Part shown: piece after piece, positions 53,160 through 64,000 of the stretch
Layout: each line of letters opens with the position of its first letter
How positions within the stretch are numbered: position 1 is the first letter of the stretch
Assembly: GCF_006345805.1 (NCBI RefSeq)
Contig: NC_042999.1
Span: 172,422,001-172,486,000, forward strand
DNA length: 64,000 nt
Source: Octopus sinensis
Taxonomy: Eukaryota
Direction: 5' to 3'
Translations under genes and position numbers: made by a program
The notes under the pieces: generated by a model
Database searches by the model: none
What the model saw: the letters and a program-made list of their open reading frames with translations, nothing else
What the model was told of the DNA's origin: nothing

Positions 53160-53315
53160 AAATGTGTGGCTATGTGGCAAGAAGCTTGCTTTCCAGCCAC
53201 ATAGTTCCGGGTTCTGGAACCTTGGGCAAGTGTTTTCTACTATAACCTCGGGCCGACTAAAGCCTTGTGAGTGGATTTGGTTTCCAGAATCTGAAAGGAG
53301 CCCGTCGTATCTATG
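53160..53315 (+). mobile_element. SINE family A head
   Basis: GTGGCTATGTGGCAAGAAGC..CCTTGGGCAAGTG..AAAGCCTTGTGAGTGGATTTGG..GAAAGGAGCCCGTCGTAT. Confidence 0.85.
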
Positions 53316-53784
53316 TATGTATATATGTATATGTGTATATATATGTGTGTGTTGTGTGTGTGTGTGTGTGTGTATACTTCTGATTTTCATGACTCATTTA
53401 CACAAAGATATATATCCTTCTGCATAAGTTTGTTTGTACACAGCGCTCACGTAAACTCCGTACTTTAAGGCAATAAGAATATCTTCGACTAGTTTGCATG
53501 GGTCCTAATAATTATAGCATGTAATATATAATTATAGATAGTTTACGTTACGTTAATCAACGAATGCGTTCTATATTTAAAATTACGTCCCCGAGATTGT
53601 CGAAACTATAAGCGAAATGATGCCTGCTTCTTACCAAGCGCTTGTATTACTCATTTTATATGTGTATGTCACACTCGTTCCTTCTCTTTGTCTCTCTCTC
53701 TCTCTCACCCATTCACACATTGTCTCCCTCCTTGTCGTACGCGCGAACTCTATCTCTCTCTATCTTTCTACAAGTCTACATGTT

Positions 53785-54170
53785 CATTTATTTTGAGTGC
53801 GGCCATGCTGTAACACCGCCATTAGTCAAACACATCGACCCCAATACTTATTCTTTGTAAGCCTAGTACTTATTCTATCGGAGTCTTTTGCTGAGCCGCT
53901 ATGTTACAGGGACGTAAACACATCAACGTCAGTGCTAAGCAATGCTGGGGAGACAACCACAGACACACAAATGCATACATACGTACGTATATATATGTGT
54001 GTGTGTGTATACATATATATACGACGGGCTTCTCTATGTTTCCGTCTATCAAACCCACTCACAAGACTTTGTTGGGCCGAGGCTATAGTAGAAGACACTT
54101 GCCCAAGGTGCCATGCTGTGGGACTGAACCCAGAACCAAGCTTCTCACCACACAGCCATTCCCGCGCCTA
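53785..54170 (-). mobile_element. SINE family A, full length
   Basis: Head at 54020-54170 (AGGCGCGGGAATGGCTGTGTGGTGAG..GGTTCAGTCCCAC), (TA/TG)n linker, body at 53785-53970. Confidence 0.85.
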
Positions 54171-54213
54171 TGTATATATTCGTGTATGTATATATAGATA
54201 GACATATACTTTT

Positions 54214-54249
<36 letters not shown>

Positions 54250-54298
54250 AACATATATACATATACATATATATGTATACATACATACACAAATGTGT

Positions 54299-54338
<40 letters not shown>

Positions 54339-54471
54339 ATATATATAAATGTATATATATATGTATATATATAGAGAGAGAGATAGATACATACATACAT
54401 ACATGCATACATACATACATACATACATACATACATACATACATACATACATACATACATACATACATACG

Positions 54472-54502
<31 letters not shown>

Positions 54503-55100
54503 TAAATGTAATATATGTGAGTATATACTTATATATATATATAAATATATAAACACCTGTTACATATAATACGCTCTGCATTAAAGATTCTGCGTTTATT
54601 CCCAGTATCCATATACAATAAAAAAAGCCATAGATGAACATTAACCTGTCTATCTGCGTGCACAGTCGTAGTGAGTGAGAAGCACTTTGCGTAGATGTAT
54701 GTAGTTGCATTGCATGTAGATGTGTGTAGTTGCATTGTATTTTAACACATCAGCCTTTGTGTACTTAACTCCTACGTCGGCATGTTATATTCCCATACGA
54801 GCCTATCTTTCGTTATTCTCTTATATCTGATACTCAGTTACCATAATCAAATTTTTCTGCTTAAAAACGTTTAATTCAAAAACTGCTCTTTGCCCTCAAA
54901 AAACAAATTAAAATCTCACTTTTGTATATAAAAAATGAATTTTTTGTGCATCAATGAATACCACATCTTTTACTAACAAAGTTCAAAGGCAGCTCAATTA
55001 ACATTGAACTACATTCATTCACACAAATCAACGCAAGCTGACATTTACCCTCTCCAAACATCTATGATACACACACTCACACACATACACACACACACAA

Positions 55101-57160
<2,060 letters not shown>

Positions 57161-57211
57161 TTATATATATATATAAAGAGAGAGAGAGAGAGAGAGAGAG
57201 ATGTATGTGTG

Positions 57212-57243
<32 letters not shown>

Positions 57244-60200
57244 ATTTCAGTGTATACTTAGACACTGAGATACTGAGTCCGAGGAAGAAAGTAGGAAAGA
57301 TCTAGATGGTTAGAGTGAGCGATTTAAGCAATGCAGTCACATAAGCCTAATATATTATACGTAAACTTCCAGATATTATTTCAATGCTAGCAAATTGCCG
57401 AAATGTAGTTGATTTGTAATCGATAAATATATGGTCTCAGGAAACTAATATCTCAACAACATTAACAATACATCTTATGAGAAAACCTGAAAGATGAAAA
57501 TAAGTAATATATAAGAAAACATAATCGTATTTTCAATTAAGATATGCCTTAAAGCGAAAACGATTCTATACTGTACGTTTATATAAGTCTATCAATATGT
57601 TATCAATTTATATGCAAAGACATGTATATATAACGTTCTCTGTATTATATTTTGCCATTTCTTCTATTCATTGTGTGCGTGTGTGTTTCTATGTACGATT
57701 GTATAAGTGTATTTGTCCGTCAGTAATCATTTGCAAAAGAGATTTTACATATATTTGGTTTTAGCTGAAAGCTAGCTTAGATCTACTTGAAATCCATTTC
57801 CTGCTGTCCAAATACATTTTCTCAACCCATTGCACCTAATATTTCTCATAACTCTCCACTACATTCTAGAAAGCATAAGCAAATATCCGTACGCATTATA
57901 TGATATCCTACAAATATTAATTGAACCAATTTTAACCCCTGAAGACATTATTTTAATTGCTCATACTGTTTTCTGAAACTATTTTATTCTATCGCATTGG
58001 CAGCAATGTTATTAACCTTGCCATTTTTCGCAACATCACCATCTTCAATTATCCAATATGCTACGGAAGAAATAGAGTAATCACTTCGTACATTTTACAC
58101 ATTCTTCTACGTGAATATCTTCATTTTTTCCTTTCTTTATCTTATTTACAAAACGAAAAGTATTAAAGAGACTTCTAATAATATAATTGTTTTTTTTTGG
58201 TGTTGTTTTCTTTGATTTTTGTTTTTTTTTCTTGCTTCCAAATGTAATATTGATAATCGATTATCTTTTCATTGCATTCTGTATGTTTTATTTTATTTTA
58301 TTTCTCTCTTCGAAAGAACTTTATTTCGTTTTCATTGAAATTGGCTGCAAATAGGCTGTCCAATAATGCAACACTTCAATGTATTTTGTATAGGATTTGA
58401 TTGTTTTATTTTTATTATAACTGTGGAACGAATCGCTAACTTTCCTAACGTAAATAAGACAAATGAACACGTACTTTACGTGTATTGTTGCCGCTGCTTA
58501 TACGCACACATGTATATAAATACATACATATACATACACATATATGCTTAAGTGTGTATATATATACTTATTTACCGAAGAATATTTTAGCACAACGGCA
58601 ACACCTTTCTTTTTCTTTTTTTTTTTTTTTTGCTTTCACATTCCATTCATATTTACTTACTATTTAATGTTTTACGTATTTCTTTTTGTGTTTTCGCTAT
58701 TTTCGCTATTTTCGAGTTAGAGCAGTTGGCTATTTGAAAGACGGATATGTAATTGATATTACAGAAGATAAGCAACTATTTTATCTCATCTCATTGCTTA
58801 TTGAATTTGCTACAGATGTAATCTAATAGAGATTGAAAAGTAGAATCAAGAGGACTGGATTGTGCAATTTATAAGAGATGTATGCGAATTCAAAAGAAGT
58901 TGATATAGAGGAATAGTGTTTATGTTGAATGAAAATAGGATTCAATATAAGAAGTATATACATATATATAGATTATGTAGTGAAATCAATAATAATTCCG
59001 ACTTTATTACTCAATCTTTATTCACGAAGTTATGTGAATGCAACTGTGTGATTAAATATAGAGTATAGTTACTAGAGCTGATGAGATTTAACAAACTATG
59101 AGATGTGTTAAAAATAAAATAGAAAGAAAATTGAGAGGAAATCGTAATAATTTCATTTATCACAGACTGATCGGAAATAATAATACGTGAGAATGTTAGT
59201 AAACACTTAGTAAATTAAACAAAACTTTCGTTGAGTAGCAATATTCTATTGTTTCCGAAGGTACGTTTCAATCCATAACCGCGGTTGTTTTGTTAAATTT
59301 CACATTTTCGCTTCTGTTTAGTTTTTATAATACCTAACAAGTTTTAGAAAGCATTAGTATATTACACCTGGTGTTGACAACTTACCAAAATGTCGATGAT
59401 TAGTATGAAATACTAGCGAATTTGGTGAATAAGAAATACCTTAAAATTTCAAATTACATCTATTGACGGGTGTGAATATAAAATAGACATTGATAAATAC
59501 AACCAGTCTATTTTACCCTGTACTGAAGAAGTAAATCTAATATCTCTGCTAGTATCTCATTTTTTACAGGTATCACATTCATCCTTCGGGATTTTGCGAG
59601 CAAATCAGACATCTATGAGGCTATGATGCAAGTTGCTATTGCTGTTACTGTACTTGTTTACTACCACATCAAGTTTCATTGACCGGATTAAAGAGAGTTT
59701 GAGACAGCCACACTGGTTAAAGGAGTTTGAGACAGCGACACAGTCTAATTCTCAACCAGTACGCTTAGAAGTACATTAAGTAATGTTTCTTTAATCTTTA
59801 AAGACAGCACGTATCATACTGCGTCCCTCTTGGAGCACCGATGAACCTTCTTTTTGTATTCAAAACCCCTCTTAGACGAATTTGAATTAACGATATGTTT
59901 TCCATGAAGTGGCTAATAAGAGCAAAAGGACTACGATGAACTAGCTGACTGATCAGGCAATTAATTAGGCAATTCATTTGTTAAATTAATAATCGGTTAT
60001 TACTTTTTTTTCCATCTCAAGATTGTTACTATATAGAGGCTTGGTCTCGAACAGACTTATCACTGAAATCGTTCTCAGTAATTAATTTTTAAATGGCTGT
60101 TTATTCTGTTTTGTCTGTTTTGTCGGTTTGCCTGTATACTAAAGGCAAAGCCGTAAAGAGACCAACACTGTTTGTCAAACGGTGATACGTAATTAAAACA

Positions 60201-61769
60201 TCAAACATGAATGTGTATGCACACACACACACACAAATACGCACGCGCACAAACACATATGTATATATGTATACAGAGAGTATGCTTATATGCAGATAGA
60301 TACATAAATGAGTAGATAGCTACATACATACACACATACATATATGGATACATATACACACATACATACATGGATGCATACATTCTCACAAGGAAAGTGT
60401 AGCATACAATTGGTTTTATTACATATATCAAAACTGTTTAATGAGCTTTCGAACACCTGAATATTGTTATGTTATATAATATGTGCAACTGCAGACTTAA
60501 GCTGTTATCATCATATTGTCACTTTTGAATGACAGCACATCAGACTCATATATTACATTATTTGTTTGAAACCTGTATTATCACAAATTTATACCAATAG
60601 CAAATATGTGTGCGTGTGTGTATGTGTTTGTATGTATACATCTTCCAATTGCGAAGAGACAGTTGCTTACAGATTATTTCATGCAACACGCTTGTTGCAT
60701 AACGTAAATTTCCGGTAGTCCTCTAACCAACGAAATTACTATTTTTATCGCTAAGAACAGAAATTATTAATAAAAGCTTAATACATTATAAATATGTCAG
60801 TACAAAGGAGTTACAAAAAAAACAATGTTTTTCTCTATATTATCTATTATATTGCAACAGAACATTTGTATAATTCGTCGAAATTTGGTGCTTTGATGCT
60901 TATTACGTGTATGTGAATGTGTGTATGATTATGTTTTTGTGAATGTTTGTATGTTTATGTGTGTGCTAGTATCAAGGTGCAGGTGTAATAGAATACTAGA
61001 TGAATAATAAGGTATGTGGTGTAACTTTAACCTGTGAACGTACCAAATTTATTAAGACAAATCACCTGTGAACACACCCAGTGTAGTAAGGCAAATCATT
61101 TTATCTTAAAAAGAATTTACAATCCGAAATGTAGGTAACATAACAAGAAGTTACACACAATATCATACTTATATATGCAAAATATTGTAAAACTTAGAGA
61201 AAGAAATGTCGAAAGAAAGACTTCAGAAATAAGTTGAATGAGGAGTACAAGAGATTTTCTGTTTAGCCATGGACAAGGACCTGCAAAATATGTATGCATG
61301 AGTGCTTCAAATCGTGGAATCACCAATAAACTTGTGAATTATATTCTTCAACTTTCAACATTCAAATTTAGGCCATGATCACATTCGTTCACAGAAGTTA
61401 CTATTACAATCTAACACACACTCAAAAATTAAAGATTAATATATCTATTCATATAGCATATAATTCTGTAATATACAAATTACATACATATACATTTGCA
61501 TATATATGCACACCAACATTAACAGTCAAAAATATTTGTACACTAATTTATATATACATGCATGTTTTTCTCTTGGTTGTCGGTCGTCTGGGTGTTTTGA
61601 TAATCTGTTGACTATGGCCTTTGTAAACAGCTTATAAAGGTGGGACAACAGGCTTAAGGCGCGATAGATTTTTAAATTGCATTTATCAACCATCTTAAGC
61701 ATGATAGTATTTAAGTCTTTTCACAGTGAAGGTAGTTTAACCTCCATCACTTACGATTAAACCGCATGA

Positions 61770-62035
61770 ATACAATTAGAGCTTGGAAGCGTTGAAATTG
61801 AGGAAGTAAAGAAATAAAGGAAAGAACCACGTTTACGTGGGGCAAACAGCGAAGACGCGCCGAGATATGCATGCTAAAATCTCAAAGAGAAAAGGTCAGG
61901 GTGCAAGGCACTTAACGCAATGAAGAATGAACTCAAAACAAAACTAGACAATGTCATACGTACCAGACTCTTCAATAGCACCGTCCTACCAGCGCTCTTA
62001 TACGCAAGTGAGACGAGAGCTACTACGAATGCTTA
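61770..62035 (+). mobile_element. RTE-clade LINE fragment
   Basis: LELGSVEIEEVK..KRSGCKALNAMKNELKTKLDNVIRTRLFNSTVLPALLYASET. Confidence 0.8.
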
Positions 62036-62054
62036 CATTTATACACATGTATAT

Positions 62055-62160
62055 GCATGGCTTAGTAGTTAGGGTTTCGATTGCTGGACCGGATGATGCA
62101 TGGTGCTGTTGAGCAAAACACTTAATTTCACATTGCTCCATGCCACTCAGCTTGCGAAGA
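62055..62160 (+). mobile_element. SINE family D head fragment
   Basis: GCATGGCTTAGTAGTTAGGG..GTTGAGCAAAACACTTAATTTCACATTGCTCCA..ACTCAGC. Confidence 0.65.
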
Positions 62161-62838
62161 AACGATGTTCCGCCCAGGTGGGGATTGTATATGAAAAGTG
62201 GAAAACCGACCCTATAAGTCTACATTTATATATACGTGTTTGCGTGTGTGTGAGTGTGTGTGTGAGTGTGTGTGCGTGTGTGTGTGTGTGACTAAATTCA
62301 TAAAGTGAAACCGTTAAACCGATAAATCTTTTAACTTAGGCGATAGTTATTAGTAAGGAATGTCATGATGTTATTAAAATAGAATTTTGATTATTTTCAT
62401 CTTTGATCTTCACAAATGTTTGTTGGTTTGCATGTTTCTTTCAGATTTTCATTGTTTTATAAGCAAATTGATCAGCAAATAGAAATTTTAATCCATGTTA
62501 CACATAATAGTAGGAAATACCCTAAATAACAACAATAAGAAACTGACCAGCTAAAACATACCATCTGTATACAGTCTTCTGTTAATCCATAAAAATATTA
62601 TTCTTGTTTAAGAATAATATAAATATAATATACATATATACATATATACAAACATATATGTATATATAATATAAATAATATATATATATGCATATATACG
62701 TACGTATATGTACATAGTTACATATATATATATACCGGAGTAAACACATAAATGTGAAACAAGGTGGAAAAAAGTGTACTCAAATACCAGTGGTAGAGTA
62801 ATATGCTTTATTTAAAGCAGCAGAAAATTCAACAAAAT

Positions 62839-62876
62839 CTGTTACTCTGAGTTTCTCGTTGCCGTTCATCAGACAG
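62839..62876 (-). ncRNA. Minimal type I hammerhead ribozyme, mirror copy
   Basis: Identical to 62904-62941 through the inverted repeat. Confidence 0.65.
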
Positions 62877-62903
62877 TTTTTGCTAGAATTTTTGTAGCAA
62901 AAA

Positions 62904-62941
62904 CTGTCTGATGAACGGCAACGAGAAACTCAGAGTAACAG
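62904..62941 (+). ncRNA. Minimal type I hammerhead ribozyme (predicted cleavage after GUA at 62937)
   Basis: CTGT-CTGATGA-ACG-GCAA-CGA-GAA-ACTC-A-GAGT-A-ACAG: stem I 4 bp (+4 after one mismatch), GNRA-capped stem II of 2 bp plus A.A, quasi-palindromic stem III. Confidence 0.65.
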
Positions 62942-63013
62942 ATTTTGTTGAATTTTCTGCTGCCTTATATAAAGTATATATATATATATATTATAGATAT
63001 AGATATAGATATA

Positions 63014-63077
<64 letters not shown>

Positions 63078-63109
63078 ATATATATAATATATATATATAT
63101 GTATATATG

Positions 63110-63420
63110 GGTACAGGACGCCATAGAACGTAAACAACATGAAATGCAAAATGCGAAAACATGGAATGCGAACTTTTATTCTGAACAACGAAGGAAACAA
63201 ATGGAAAACAAAACAAATAACATAAAGAACGACCCTTCATCAGCTGTCGGCTGTTTTATCTACTCCGCATTTTGAGCAATTGCGACAAGAAGCACCTTCG
63301 TCGAAACAGCTGCTCCTACAAATTATCCTAAGTGAAATTTGGGATTTGCGGAGTGTCACAAATTCAAACGAAAAGAGGACAGTGAAAACTAAGCCATAAC
63401 GAGGTGACGAGGAGAACGTT
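63110..63420. mobile_element. Short non-coding cassette between (AT)n tracts, probably PLE pseudo-LTR-like
   Basis: Flanked by (AT)n; contains isolated CTGATGA (minus) and GTCGAAAC (plus) motifs, but no complete hammerhead fold was found. Confidence 0.4.
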
Positions 63421-63421
63421 G

Positions 63422-63454
<33 letters not shown>

Positions 63455-63566
63455 ATATATATAATTAATAATAAGGGTGAGATAATTAGATACTAATTTA
63501 ATAGTATACCTCTTCAACACCAAGTGGCCAGTGCAAAGAAACCTGGATTTTAATAATATTTTATAC

Positions 63567-63729
63567 ATAAATATAAGAGAGTGATCAAAATGTGGCTCAC
63601 TCTTGCACTAGAAATAGATCCAATAGGTTTCAACCACAAAATGGGAAACATTTATTTTGTGGTTGAAACCTATTGGATCTATTTCTAGTGCAAGAGTGAG
63701 CCACAATTTGATCACTCTCTTATATTTAT
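63567..63729. repeat. ~75-bp inverted repeat with 10-nt spacer
   Basis: TAAATATAAGAGAGTGATC..CAACCACAAAAT / GGGAAACATT / ATTTTGTGGGTTGAAACC..CTCTCTTATATTTA; one mismatch and one 1-nt indel. Confidence 0.95.
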
Positions 63730-63730
63730 A

Positions 63731-63800
<70 letters not shown>

Positions 63801-63887
63801 AATACATATATATATATATACACACACACATACATATATGCATACATACATGCATACATACATACACACACACACACACACTCACAC

Positions 63888-63923
<36 letters not shown>

Positions 63924-64000
63924 TTCCAGATAGTACCACTCATATAAAACCATTAGAGGTGTAATTTAAAAATCTGAAGTATGGAAGTTAGCTAGATGTT

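Larger units (their letters stand above)
62817..62963. repeat. Perfect 69-bp inverted repeat with 9-nt spacer (imperfect extension to 62806-62974)
   Basis: GCAGCAGAAAATTC..TTTTTGCTA / GAATTTTTG / TAGCAAAAA..GAATTTTCTGCTGC. Confidence 0.97.

Noticed and set aside
61130-61330. piggyBac-like C-terminal Cys-rich domain (CKICMHECFKSWNH)
   Set aside because: Requires several frameshifts, and there is no upstream DDD domain or TTAA-bounded TIR.
63225-63320. Hammerhead in the 63110-63420 cassette
   Set aside because: CTGATGA (minus) has no matching stem II or GAAA; GAAAC (plus) lacks an upstream CUGANGA.

Overview
AT-rich animal non-coding DNA, densely packed with microsatellites ((AT)n, (AC)n, (ATAC)n, (AGAT)n, (GAA)n, (GAT)n, (ATT)n, (TAG)n). 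The SINE and repeat families look like those I recall from octopus (inference, not a database hit). I found no intact host gene; almost all listed ORFs are microsatellite artefacts or transposon remnants. Recognisable content: decayed mariner/Tc1 elements and MITEs; five fragments of R4/Dong-type (restriction-like endonuclease) non-LTR retrotransposons; CR1/L2-group and RTE LINE pieces; Penelope-like (PLE) RT and GIY-YIG fragments; four tRNA-SINE families; a ~560-bp element found only inside (ATT)n tracts; and a near-identical 3 x ~668-bp tandem duplication. The most striking signal is a set of short non-coding cassettes sitting in (AT)n tracts that carry type I hammerhead ribozyme motifs. Two of them (52242-52367 and 62817-62963) are perfect DNA palindromes, so each strand encodes a complete hammerhead. 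All alignments and folds were done by eye, and element boundaries are approximate unless exact motifs are quoted.
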